Shown here: positions 43,857 through 53,276 of the stretch, one piece after another
Layout of the letters: each line of letters begins with the position of its first letter
Numbering within the stretch: position 1 is the stretch's first letter
Source: Escherichia coli phage phiS
Strand: one strand, 5' to 3'
Length of the DNA: 64,000 bases
Sequence record: PP449093.1
Made by a program: the position numbers and the translations under genes
Notes under the pieces: model-generated
What the model was told of the DNA's origin: nothing
The model's input: only the letters and a program-made list of their open reading frames with translations
Database searches by the model: none

Positions 43857-44225
43857 ATGGAAATTCAAAACAATTACGAAAAATGTGTTATTATCAATGA
43901 TTTGCAACGTCAATTGCATCATTACGAAACCGATTATAAAACATCAACAAAAACCGGAAAGTTGAAAGTGTGGGAAGTCTGGTATAACCGAAACTATCTG
44001 GGAAGCATCCACAAACTTGATCGCAGTGATGTTTATACAATGCATGTGGGCGCTTGTGGTGAATCGGATGTAGCATTTAATTTCATGGAAGCACTTGCAT
44101 TCTATGTAGAATATCTGGTAGACTATATCGAGTTGGAAGAGGAAGTGGTAGAATTGCTTCCTCCACCGGAAGAAGCGCCGGAAGCAACGATCCTGAAAGC
44201 ATTAAAGAAAATCTTTGTTAAGTGA
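43857..44225 (+). CDS. Hypothetical protein (122 aa)
   Basis: ORF from the track; acidic C-terminus. Confidence 0.5.
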   Translation: MEIQNNYEKCVIINDLQRQLHHYETDYKTSTKTGKLKVWEVWYNRNYLGSIHKLDRSDVYTMHVGACGESDVAFNFMEALAFYVEYLVDYIELEEEVVELLPPPEEAPEATILKALKKIFVK

Positions 44226-44233
44226 GGTGAACT

Positions 44234-44566
44234 ATGAAAAATGTACTGATTGTGTGGGAACTGATTCCAGAAACTACTGAATTATACATGGTACAGGTTG
44301 ACAATAAAGAATTTGAAATTCTGAAACGCGTCAACTGCAAATATATTAACATTGATGACATGACCCCAGAAATGGACTATGTAAACTATGCTCTCATGCA
44401 GCCTAGTTGGATTATGGATGAAACTAAAGCAGACGCCGAATCACTGGGTGTACCGGAAGAAGTATTAGCGAAATGGCATCAATTCAAAGTTGAAATAAAA
44501 GAGGGTGAACCGTTTATTCCTAGCGGTATGATCGATGCGGTGATTGTAACAGGTTTTCATCTGTAA
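44234..44566 (+). CDS. Hypothetical protein (110 aa)
   Basis: ORF from the track. Confidence 0.5.
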   Translation: MKNVLIVWELIPETTELYMVQVDNKEFEILKRVNCKYINIDDMTPEMDYVNYALMQPSWIMDETKADAESLGVPEEVLAKWHQFKVEIKEGEPFIPSGMIDAVIVTGFHL

Positions 44567-44578
44567 GGACATTATACA

Positions 44579-44911
44579 ATGTTTAATTATGACAAATATG
44601 AATCATGGAAAGCAACCGAATTGAAAGAGGCAGCGCGGTTAATCACACCGCGTCTTTATCCGGTGTTGTTTAGCGCCGATAAAGTAACAAGGGAAGTAAA
44701 CGAGGCGCTATCGGTTTTAGGCTATCTGATCGATAAAGTAGAGAAAACATCGGTATTCACAAATAGCGTAGAATATACCAGATATCGAGTGTTTTTAGAT
44801 TCCTTGCTCGTTGTCATTAAGGCACTAAATGATCATAACTACACCATGAACATGACGAAAATAATCGACGAAGCAAGAATTATGACAGAGAATATTTTCG
44901 GTAAATTTTGA
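44579..44911 (+). CDS. Hypothetical protein (110 aa), paralog of 45026..45349
   Basis: C-terminus IDEARIMTENIFGKF is paralogous to VKDARKLAENVYGKF. Confidence 0.5.
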   Translation: MFNYDKYESWKATELKEAARLITPRLYPVLFSADKVTREVNEALSVLGYLIDKVEKTSVFTNSVEYTRYRVFLDSLLVVIKALNDHNYTMNMTKIIDEARIMTENIFGKF

Positions 44912-45025
44912 TTATGAAAGATGATGAATCATTGAAAATTGCACTGGTTATGCTATTACAAGGTATAGAATTAGCAAACCACGAAAAAATGTTGAAACAA
45001 CAGCGTGAAATTATGAGAGGTGATT

Positions 45026-45349
45026 ATGATCGAGTTTGAAATTGACAACTTTCACGAAAAAGCAGAAGACCTAACCAAAATTTTGATTAGTCGAGGTGCA
45101 TATAATACGAAAGATATTATAAAAGAAGTTAATGTAGCGATGGACGCGATCCGAAAGGAATTTAAACACATTTCAGCGATTGGAGAAAATGGTCATCTTG
45201 AAGATGTTGAGCTGGTAGCACTGCGACGCTATTACTTCTTTGTTGATTGTATCATTGATCTAGCTAAAAATTATAGTCATTACATGAAAGATATTGTAAA
45301 AGATGCACGTAAGCTGGCAGAGAATGTTTACGGGAAGTTTCCAGAATGA
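45026..45349 (+). CDS. Hypothetical protein (107 aa), paralog of 44579..44911
   Basis: As above; RBS GAGAGGTGA. Confidence 0.5.
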   Translation: MIEFEIDNFHEKAEDLTKILISRGAYNTKDIIKEVNVAMDAIRKEFKHISAIGENGHLEDVELVALRRYYFFVDCIIDLAKNYSHYMKDIVKDARKLAENVYGKFPE

Positions 45350-45594
45350 AATTAGAGCAAGCGATTGTATACTTTGAGATGGGCTATGATATTGCTCGTG
45401 TAGAGTGGGAAGATGGTGATTTTGTCCGATTGATTGATCTTCCAGAAACAGCTATTGCACTGGTCAAAGTAGAAAACGGCATACAACGAAATTACGCGTT
45501 CTCTGACGAAGACAAACAAGCAGATGACTGGTACGCTACATGTTTTCATCATACAGCGTCAAAATGTGATTCAGGGGCTTCTATGCGCCAATAA
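45346..45594 (+). CDS. Hypothetical protein (82 aa)
   Basis: ORF from the track. Confidence 0.5.
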   Translation: MKLEQAIVYFEMGYDIARVEWEDGDFVRLIDLPETAIALVKVENGIQRNYAFSDEDKQADDWYATCFHHTASKCDSGASMRQ

Positions 45595-45596
45595 AA

Positions 45597-45630
45597 AGAA
45601 GGGGAGGCCGAAAGGCTTCCCCTTTAAGTT
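45597..45630. terminator. Bidirectional terminator between convergent early (+) and late (-) transcription units
   Basis: aagggga-ggccgaaaggc-ttcccctt hairpin with flanking A/T runs. Confidence 0.55.
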
Positions 45631-46285
45631 ATCTAATCCTTCCGAGGATTCTGGCAGATTGATTGCAAAGAGTATCTAAATTCTCAATGTCAATATCCGG
45701 TTTATTCTTCCATGCAATGGAGATACTACCAGAATAGACATTATCGAGATTGAATATAGGACAAGAATACATAACCCCTATATCGATACTCTCTAATTTC
45801 TTTTCTCTTGATGGAATATACTGGAAATCTTTATCGGTAAAATAGGATTTACCTAAAAGATGTCTACGATATTCTTCACTCGTTTTATTGATAGGGAATC
45901 CGCCTAAATTTTTTTCATCGATTGTATGCGGTAGCTTTCCTTCATATGCCACCAAATCAACAAAATAGTTTAGGTTTTTCGGACGAAAACTAAAAACAGC
46001 AGAAAAATCGGCATCAGCCGACACATGAACTATCTGTAACTGCTCCTGTGCTGCATTATCAAAATTGCGGTCTTTCTCTACCTGGAGAACGTGAGCATAA
46101 GTCTCATAACGAGTCTCTTTATAAAGCGCAAATAACTCGTTTTTACTATAAACGACAAATGCTAATATAGACAACACGACGGCAGCAAAAACACGAAGTA
46201 CGAGCAACTCCGTGCTTTTAGTTGTGAAAATAGCGCGCAGGACATTTGAGATAGCAAAGTCTTTCCCTTTTTCAGAAACTTGCAT
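45629..46285 (-). CDS. t: Holin T
   Basis: 218 aa; LQIVHVSADADFSAVFSFRPKNLNYFVDLVAYEGKLP and CNQSARILGR match T4 holin T as I recall it. Confidence 0.9.
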   Translation of the reverse strand: MQVSEKGKDFAISNVLRAIFTTKSTELLVLRVFAAVVLSILAFVVYSKNELFALYKETRYETYAHVLQVEKDRNFDNAAQEQLQIVHVSADADFSAVFSFRPKNLNYFVDLVAYEGKLPHTIDEKNLGGFPINKTSEEYRRHLLGKSYFTDKDFQYIPSREKKLESIDIGVMYSCPIFNLDNVYSGSISIAWKNKPDIDIENLDTLCNQSARILGRIR

Positions 46286-46318
46286 ATAATGCCCTAAGAT
46301 AACTATGACAGTGTACTC

Positions 46319-46558
46319 TTATTTAGGTAGTTGACTATCACTAGGTTTATCTTGCTCGTTGCTATCTTCTGACTGATCTTTATTAAACTCCTTATAAAGT
46401 TCTTCCACAAAACGATCATCAATTGGCGTATTGGTATAAGCCGCAAGACGACGAGCGCAATAGAAGAAAATTTTAGTGAGCATTTTTTCACTAATTAACT
46501 TTGACAATAATTTCATTCCGAAATTAGACAAAGCACCAATGACGATATTATAGACCAT
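46319..46558 (-). CDS. Hypothetical protein (79 aa) inserted between gene 38 and t
   Basis: Strong RBS AAGGAGAA; hydrophobic N-terminal stretch IVIGALSNFGMKLL and acidic C-terminus. Confidence 0.5.
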   Translation of the reverse strand: MVYNIVIGALSNFGMKLLSKLISEKMLTKIFFYCARRLAAYTNTPIDDRFVEELYKEFNKDQSEDSNEQDKPSDSQLPK

Positions 46559-46622
46559 AGCCGTTTCTCCTTAGTAGTTTCCCTTCCGTGGGAGTTTTCC
46601 TTAATTCTTTTTATAATTAAGT

Positions 46623-47405
46623 CTAAACAGCCGGTCCGTAAATGGCTCCGCGATTTTGCCACGTTGGGGCAGACCCTATAACAGCATAACCGGCATCGCC
46701 GCCATTGTATTCATATCCTTGACCACGAATATTACATCTACCTCCTGCGGCGCCTACCTCACCACCGCTTCCGCCATTATAGACATCGTTCATGGACCCC
46801 GAACCAGGCGCATAAAGAGTACCAGCAGTTGCGCCTGATTGCATGTTGGCAGATCCACCAGCAGCACCAAACGGACGACCGCCGCCACCACCAAAAGTTA
46901 ATTTCATTGGTTTCGTAGGAGAATAATACCCACCACCTCCACCGCCACCGCCGCCAGCGATAGCACCGCCATTATTAATTCTTAGCCTCCCACCAATATC
47001 ATTTTGAATACAATGACCCCCAGCTGATCCAGGACTATTGCTACCGCCATTCCCTCCACGACCATACATCGTTACGCCATGTATATTCAACTGAACATAT
47101 TCATTCGGTGTATCTCCATACATAAAGAATAAAGGAACATCTTTAGAATATGATACTAAATCTCCAGTGATATTAAACACTATAGGTGTACTACCTGCCT
47201 CAAAGCATCTATCACGGAACCACTGACCATTGAAGTTATGGTCTGCTCCAAGTGTATGAATAATTTCTCGCGAGCGACCTGCAAATTGACTCATCCAGCA
47301 AGGAACACCCAATCTTAATTGACCAGCCGCTTGACTCATCCATCGTTGTCCTGTTTCATTTACGGATGAACTACCAATCCAACCAGGAACACCAACTACT
47401 GCCAT
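46623..47405 (-). CDS. 38: Receptor-recognising adhesin gp38 (T2-type, glycine-rich motifs)
   Basis: Poly-Gly segments [12 protein letters not shown] and [15 protein letters not shown] typical of T2-like gp38; follows gene 37. Confidence 0.8.
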   Translation of the reverse strand: MAVVGVPGWIGSSSVNETGQRWMSQAAGQLRLGVPCWMSQFAGRSREIIHTLGADHNFNGQWFRDRCFEAGSTPIVFNITGDLVSYSKDVPLFFMYGDTPNEYVQLNIHGVTMYGRGGNGGSNSPGSAGGHCIQNDIGGRLRINNGGAIAGGGGGGGGGYYSPTKPMKLTFGGGGGRPFGAAGGSANMQSGATAGTLYAPGSGSMNDVYNGGSGGEVGAAGGRCNIRGQGYEYNGGDAGYAVIGSAPTWQNRGAIYGPAV

Positions 47406-47441
47406 AATTTATACTCCAAAGGGGGCATTGCCCCCTTGTTG

Positions 47442-50342
47442 TTAGAATTTAAAATATTTACTAATTTTGCGAGCAATTTTAGTGAAGAAAGGAGTTTTCA
47501 ATTCTTTAATTTCTTCACTCATTTCCTGAATAGCCTTAATTAAAAGAGCATTCACAGCAGAGTTAGAAATTGTCAGAACATCGTCTGGATTATCAAGATT
47601 GCCAACCTTTGAAGATTTTACAGCTTCCGGTAATATTTCTTGTAAATCCTGTGCGATAATGCCGATCTCGTGACCGATAATTTCACGGTCTTTAAGAGAT
47701 TTAACTTTATCGTAAGTTTTCACTTTCAGTTTGCCAATTAAACTTAACGCATTTCCTGTATAATCTTCTATATTGTCTTTAAGGCGACGATCTGAACGAA
47801 TATACACATCGTTAAAGCTACCGTTTCCGGTTGCGTTAAATTCACCGCTTGCGTGGAATTGGAACTCCCCAGCTTGAACATGAAGAACAGCGGCTGCGGT
47901 ATTATTACCATCACCGGGACAATGAACGTCCATAGCAGCGATATATTGACGCCCCCAATCAACCGCTTTCCAAACAGCATGAGCACTGTCAATACTTTTC
48001 TGGCAGTCAACCAACAAACCAGCAGGGCGGTCTCTCCATGAAACATATGCACCACCATCAACTTCACCACGGATAAGTCCTTGATCTGCGGCATAAGGAA
48101 CACGCCCTTCCAGTTGAATCATTGCGCCCTTAAAGTGATGACTAAATGGTCCACCGTGGTTATTGCGAATATGTAAAATACCCTCATCGGTCGCCCAAAT
48201 AACAGCCTTTTCTGTTTCGCTAGCATCTCTAAACCAGATATGGCGTGCACCAGTTGAGTTTTTGATGGTTATTCCATTAGGTCCACGCACGGTCAAAGCA
48301 CCGGATACATCAAATAAAACGGTGTCATCTGTTCTACGTTCCGTATAGAAGTGATAACCTTTGGAATCACCGATTTCCATTACTGCCGCGCGTCCAACTT
48401 CTGAATTTCCCCAATTGTTGATAGAGAATCGTTCAGAGCTATTATTCATCTGATTTAGGTATAATGTACCGTCAGTGAAGGTTTCGCCAAAGAATCTGGT
48501 TTTAACGCCGTTAGTACCCCCCACGCGTTCAAATTCAGCCAAGAAACCTTTGGAATCTCGCATACTCAAAACGTTATTGCGTCCTGTATTACTGTTACCC
48601 CAATGGATTAATTCAATATAGTCCATTGACTGACGAGACCCTGATCTAAACACCATATTATCTTCGATGCGGGTGCTACCATCAATTCCCAGATGTAAAC
48701 AGCGTGCGGTAGCTGTGCCACCTAGATCTAATCCACCTTCGGCGAAATCATAGCTGAATGGTCTACGAGTATTCCAATTTCCAAAAGAATCTTTTAAATC
48801 GGTAGTCAGTATATGGAAACTAGTACCATCATTTCTAAAAATTAAGCCATAATTGCCACCTTTAACAGCCAAACGAGCATTTTCAGATAATGCAACTTCG
48901 CTATTCATTACAATTTTCTGGCCTTTACCGCCAGTAATATGCAATTCACCGTTTTCGATCAAGTTTATTGAGTTTTGACCGTTATCGTTCCACCAAATAA
49001 AATCTTTGGTCGTCAAATCACCAAAACCAAACCAGCCATTACGAACATCTTGACCAGTGCGATAATCCATAAAATTAAAATGGCTTGCTTCGTTTGGTCC
49101 TCGACGAATATCAATACCAGCATTAGAACCGGAACCTAAGCCACCATCGATGGTCAATCTACGAATATGCAAACCGGTTACAGCCGAAAGCAATAATTGT
49201 TGGGTTACATCGGTATATCCAGTAGCAAGACGATAATTTTGGTCATCAACACTTTCGTGCCAGATAGTGGCAGGACCAGAGCTTCTAAACCGACGTAACA
49301 TCTTTTTAGCATTTGTCGGTTGTTCGTTCATATGCTCAATGTCATATTGTCCTTGATGGTTGCCAGCAAAATTTAATGTTCCACGGTTACTGAAACTGTT
49401 AAAAGAGCGTATTGTATATGCATCATAGATATGATCAGCTACAGGTTTTTCGCCTACATATTCAGGTCGATCAAGTACAGTTAAATTAACATCGCTGGAC
49501 GCTTGATATTCAGCCATTACCATATTAGTAAATTCGAAGTAACATGCATAGATATCATAAGTGTCATCACCTGTATTAATGGCACAAAATTGATTTTCGT
49601 AACCGGAAACATGATGATACGCAACAAAGTTAATTCCTTTAGGCGAACCGTTGCTAGTCCTTATAACAAGTTCAATAATATTACATTGTCCAGTTCGTCC
49701 TACGTTCCACCCATTTCCACCAATCAATCTAATTTTCAAGCCACGTCCGTCATTTTGCGGAATAAAGGCGGTAGCAATTTTAAACCATCCACTTTCTACA
49801 CCAAAGTTGATGGTCTTCTGGAACATCCGATCTACTTCTTGCTTGCTGTATACATTCAATTCCGACGGACTAGGCTTATCTCCTTCGTGATACATGCGAT
49901 ATGAATATGCTAATACACCATCGGCATTATAACCATAGGTTTTTACAGTAGGGACAATGCTAGAACCATAAGTAAAATCAAACCCACGAGCATGATTGAT
50001 ACCGCTAGGATGGGGAATATGCAAAGCAAGTGCTAGATGACCATCCATATCATTAGTGCGAAATGCCCCGAATTTGTCAAGATTTCGTGCGGTCGGATCA
50101 TCGAAATAGTTTGCGGTATTACTCCACACAAGGTCACCCACAACCACGCGACCGTTTACATTAAAGCCTTTGTCATAAACAGGAGGGCAGCTTAAATTAA
50201 CAATTTGCCCATCATCATTTTTTGTAAGCAGATATTGGTCTGCTAAGTTAATTGCCAACTCTCCCGGATTCATCGTACCAGCATCCGGTTTACGTCCGGC
50301 TGCGCTAGTGCGTTTAAACTGGATTCTGTTTAAATCTGCCAT
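47442..50342 (-). CDS. 37: Long tail fibre distal subunit gp37
   Basis: MADLNRIQFKRTSAAGRKP...GELAINL resembles the T4 gp37 N-terminus. The C-terminal ~120 aa look like an intramolecular chaperone domain. Confidence 0.9.
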   Translation of the reverse strand: MADLNRIQFKRTSAAGRKPDAGTMNPGELAINLADQYLLTKNDDGQIVNLSCPPVYDKGFNVNGRVVVGDLVWSNTANYFDDPTARNLDKFGAFRTNDMDGHLALALHIPHPSGINHARGFDFTYGSSIVPTVKTYGYNADGVLAYSYRMYHEGDKPSPSELNVYSKQEVDRMFQKTINFGVESGWFKIATAFIPQNDGRGLKIRLIGGNGWNVGRTGQCNIIELVIRTSNGSPKGINFVAYHHVSGYENQFCAINTGDDTYDIYACYFEFTNMVMAEYQASSDVNLTVLDRPEYVGEKPVADHIYDAYTIRSFNSFSNRGTLNFAGNHQGQYDIEHMNEQPTNAKKMLRRFRSSGPATIWHESVDDQNYRLATGYTDVTQQLLLSAVTGLHIRRLTIDGGLGSGSNAGIDIRRGPNEASHFNFMDYRTGQDVRNGWFGFGDLTTKDFIWWNDNGQNSINLIENGELHITGGKGQKIVMNSEVALSENARLAVKGGNYGLIFRNDGTSFHILTTDLKDSFGNWNTRRPFSYDFAEGGLDLGGTATARCLHLGIDGSTRIEDNMVFRSGSRQSMDYIELIHWGNSNTGRNNVLSMRDSKGFLAEFERVGGTNGVKTRFFGETFTDGTLYLNQMNNSSERFSINNWGNSEVGRAAVMEIGDSKGYHFYTERRTDDTVLFDVSGALTVRGPNGITIKNSTGARHIWFRDASETEKAVIWATDEGILHIRNNHGGPFSHHFKGAMIQLEGRVPYAADQGLIRGEVDGGAYVSWRDRPAGLLVDCQKSIDSAHAVWKAVDWGRQYIAAMDVHCPGDGNNTAAAVLHVQAGEFQFHASGEFNATGNGSFNDVYIRSDRRLKDNIEDYTGNALSLIGKLKVKTYDKVKSLKDREIIGHEIGIIAQDLQEILPEAVKSSKVGNLDNPDDVLTISNSAVNALLIKAIQEMSEEIKELKTPFFTKIARKISKYFKF

Positions 50343-50410
50343 TTTATAAAATCCTTAAACGGTTATTAGAATAATATTATTTAGAAAAGCGGGGATTCTC
50401 CCCGCTAGAA

Positions 50411-51901
50411 TTAGAAAGTACCAAAATCAATTACCGCATTGAGCGGAACAGCGCCAACCTCATCAGGAGTTGGTTTATGTCCTTCGTGGTATAATTCAAA
50501 GGTATCGGTGTCCTGAGTATTGCCACGAGATTTAACGAAAATAATTTTAGAATCATGTGTGATTCCTAGTTTCTCGTGCGCTTTAATATCGCTAACACGA
50601 TGAATCATTGCTGTACCATTTAAGCTATTAAGTCCAGCGTAGCAATTATCACCATTATAGTTAGCTTCGGCTGTATGAACGCCGTTTGCAGCAGGAACCG
50701 TCAACGCACCTGTCATGGTATCGCCAGTCACATTAACATAGCGAGCATCAGCCAATTTACGGTGATCTACATAGTTCCATGCGGTCCACGAGTTACCGGA
50801 ACAAGAACGCCAGCAAACAGGATGATTAATTGATTCAGGGTAATAGACCTGAACAACTCGAACAGTACCAACCGCATCTTCCGGTCGATATACCATCAAA
50901 ACACCGTTATAATAGCTATCAGATGGTTTATTTTGTCCGGCTTCGGCATTCTCCACCCTGAACATACCGCGATTAATAAGGGTATTCCAATCAACATTTC
51001 CAATGATAGTTGGACTAGCTACCATTGCTTTTTTCTCAAAGTAGCTCAATCTAACCAGATCATTAGGTCCAGATGGATCGGTTGTCACAAGCATTTTGGG
51101 CGCTTGCAAATTACCTTCCATAATGTCACCAGCACGCTTAACTTGCGCGTCATTGGTGACATTACCCAATCCTACGTCGGCTTTAGTAGGCTTGTTGTTG
51201 GTATGATAAAAATTACCTTCACTACCGTTAACAAAAATTTTAGGCTCGTTCTTGCTACGAAATACTAAAGTATCAAGAACGTTTCCATAATAAATGTTTT
51301 CAGCATCGAAAGTAATAAAATCCCGATCCCTCGCAACCAGCTTAGAATCAACCGACAATTTAAAATTAACCGTGTTTAAATTATAAGTTCCGGTGATTGT
51401 ATCGCCTTGTCTGGAAACCAAATCCAAATCATTGTTTGTTGGCTTATTAACAGGACTATAGACGCGTTGACCAGTGTCTTTAATGGTTGTCCCTTCGATG
51501 GTCCCTTTAGTTTTAAAATCACCTGTGGTAGTGTCAATATAAGCCATGATAACATCATCACGAGCATTAACAAAACCAATAGATTTCCACGAATGCAGAC
51601 CCCAACTTACGCCATCAAAGTTAGCCGCATCACTATTTCCTTTAAAGATCCCGTTCTTTTTGGTTTCTCCACCGGATGCGCTACCTACGCTTAAACCTTC
51701 CTCAAAATGGACCTGCTTTTGAAATGTGCCACCGTCTTTAGCACTAACAGCATCAAAATCGGCAGCCGAAGGTTTATCAAAAGCGGTATAGATTTTATGA
51801 CCTTTGTAGAAAAGCTGATCCCCCGCTGGCTGGATCGTCAAGTTTCCTTGCGTCCAAATGGGAGATCCGCCTACAGTAGATCCATGTTTCAAATCTGCCA
51901 T
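50411..51901 (-). CDS. 36: Long tail fibre subunit gp36 (enlarged, 496 aa)
   Basis: MADLKHGSTVGGSPIWTQGN resembles the T4 gp36 N-terminus; position between 35 and 37. Confidence 0.8.
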   Translation of the reverse strand: MADLKHGSTVGGSPIWTQGNLTIQPAGDQLFYKGHKIYTAFDKPSAADFDAVSAKDGGTFQKQVHFEEGLSVGSASGGETKKNGIFKGNSDAANFDGVSWGLHSWKSIGFVNARDDVIMAYIDTTTGDFKTKGTIEGTTIKDTGQRVYSPVNKPTNNDLDLVSRQGDTITGTYNLNTVNFKLSVDSKLVARDRDFITFDAENIYYGNVLDTLVFRSKNEPKIFVNGSEGNFYHTNNKPTKADVGLGNVTNDAQVKRAGDIMEGNLQAPKMLVTTDPSGPNDLVRLSYFEKKAMVASPTIIGNVDWNTLINRGMFRVENAEAGQNKPSDSYYNGVLMVYRPEDAVGTVRVVQVYYPESINHPVCWRSCSGNSWTAWNYVDHRKLADARYVNVTGDTMTGALTVPAANGVHTAEANYNGDNCYAGLNSLNGTAMIHRVSDIKAHEKLGITHDSKIIFVKSRGNTQDTDTFELYHEGHKPTPDEVGAVPLNAVIDFGTF

Positions 51902-51934
51902 AAAGTAACCTCAAAAATTAGTTATAGTTCCGAG

Positions 51935-51942
51935 TATTTATA
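51935..51942 (-). promoter_or_regulatory. T4-type late promoter TATAAATA upstream of gene 36
   Basis: Minus-strand TATAAATA about 35 nt upstream of the gene 36 start. Confidence 0.5.
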
Positions 51943-52057
51943 GAATGTTAACAAAATATCGCTTCGCGACGTGCCGTAGGCACTGACTATTTTTTAACCG
52001 AAACAAATTTTCTATTATTCTAAAGATCTTTCTTCGTTTTGGTTATGTTTTAACCAA

Positions 52058-52093
52058 CTGTATAAAAATAAAGCCGACCACGAGGATCGGCTT
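52058..52093 (-). terminator. Intrinsic terminator after gene 35
   Basis: Minus strand reads aagccgatcc-tcgt-ggtcggctt followed by a T-rich run. Same hairpin family as at 41347. Confidence 0.5.
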
Positions 52094-52103
52094 GTTAAAA
52101 ATG

Positions 52104-53243
52104 TTAATCAACATCGAACTCTTTAAAGTTGTTGGATGTGATGTGTTTATTATCTCTAGGCAGTTTAAGAAGACTCATTACAGGGTTAGTAAAATCACCG
52201 TTATCCTGAATGTGAGTTGTTCTAACACCATTAACACCAAATGAAGTAGGACCAGTAGTTTTGACTACTCCACTGATCGGCGTTATTAGTATGTTTCTAA
52301 TTTTAACAATACCTTCATTTGAGTTGGTTGGATATCTGATACAACCAGTGGCAACACTATCAACTCCTTCAGGTACGGTATAGACGGCTTCAAACTTTTC
52401 CCATTGATCTTTCTGGCTGGCATTATAACGAACGCCAGTTTGATATTGTCCATCAGTGAAGTAGTTGTGATAGAAACGCGCTGTTACGTTGGCTGCGGCT
52501 GCGGCACTATCACGGAACAATTCAAAGGATATTGATAGTTTGTCACCTGCCTTTATGTTAAAATATTCAAGTGGTGCGCTGATCTCATCATGAGGCCATT
52601 GTATTAGCTCGAAATGTTCGGCATCTTCGCTAACATATTCAACCGGATTATCTAAAAATCGTTGTGGTGTTCCTGTTATTGCAAGATCGTCTATAGTATC
52701 ATAAACTTTCTCGATCTGTATAGACGAATCTTGACCTTCCCCGTTCGTTGCTTGCATCCCTTCGCACACAATTTTGCCCATTTTAGTAGAATAAATTGCT
52801 GCATAGGATACACGAGGCATTTGCTGTAACAAAATGTGATTCGGGAATGATACAGATCCCAGCTTAGAAAATATATCATCACTTATCGGATCTGCAAACA
52901 ATTCTCCATGCGTTGCCATCGCAATGATATAGTCACCTTTCAGCAAATAAAGATAATCACGCATTGCCAATACAGCACCACGACCATAGAATACCTTTTC
53001 TTCGTGCAATTGTCCAGTTGGAGTAAGAACTTTAAAGTTTAGGCCAGTCTCATAGCCAGCGCCAACGATCTCCACTCCATTAAATCTAATTCTTGCTGGT
53101 TTGGTAGAATCCGCATTAGATCCGCGCACTTCCAGCTTATACATCACAGAGTTGTTTTCTGAAATGCTTGTAAATGTCGCGGAGTCTTCGTCGAAATGCG
53201 CAAACTTAATTCCAGTATTGCGTAATTCTATCTCTTGTGTCAT
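52104..53243 (-). CDS. 35: Long tail fibre hinge connector gp35
   Basis: 379 aa, immediately downstream of gene 34; FGVNGVR and RFYHNYF resemble my recollection of T4 gp35. Confidence 0.75.
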   Translation of the reverse strand: MTQEIELRNTGIKFAHFDEDSATFTSISENNSVMYKLEVRGSNADSTKPARIRFNGVEIVGAGYETGLNFKVLTPTGQLHEEKVFYGRGAVLAMRDYLYLLKGDYIIAMATHGELFADPISDDIFSKLGSVSFPNHILLQQMPRVSYAAIYSTKMGKIVCEGMQATNGEGQDSSIQIEKVYDTIDDLAITGTPQRFLDNPVEYVSEDAEHFELIQWPHDEISAPLEYFNIKAGDKLSISFELFRDSAAAAANVTARFYHNYFTDGQYQTGVRYNASQKDQWEKFEAVYTVPEGVDSVATGCIRYPTNSNEGIVKIRNILITPISGVVKTTGPTSFGVNGVRTTHIQDNGDFTNPVMSLLKLPRDNKHITSNNFKEFDVD

Positions 53244-53276
53244 AATAACCCCATAGGGGGCTTTCGCCCCCTTTAA

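Noticed and set aside
47396-47410. TATAAATT immediately upstream of the gene 38 start codon as a late promoter
   Set aside because: It is not an exact TATAAATA and it overlaps the RBS and start codon, so it cannot sit at the usual distance from a transcript start.
49503-49904. Plus-strand ORFs inside tail-fibre genes 37 and 34 (for example 49503..49904, 54450..54824, 56169..56567)
   Set aside because: Antisense to long, confidently identified late genes; no RBS or promoter context.
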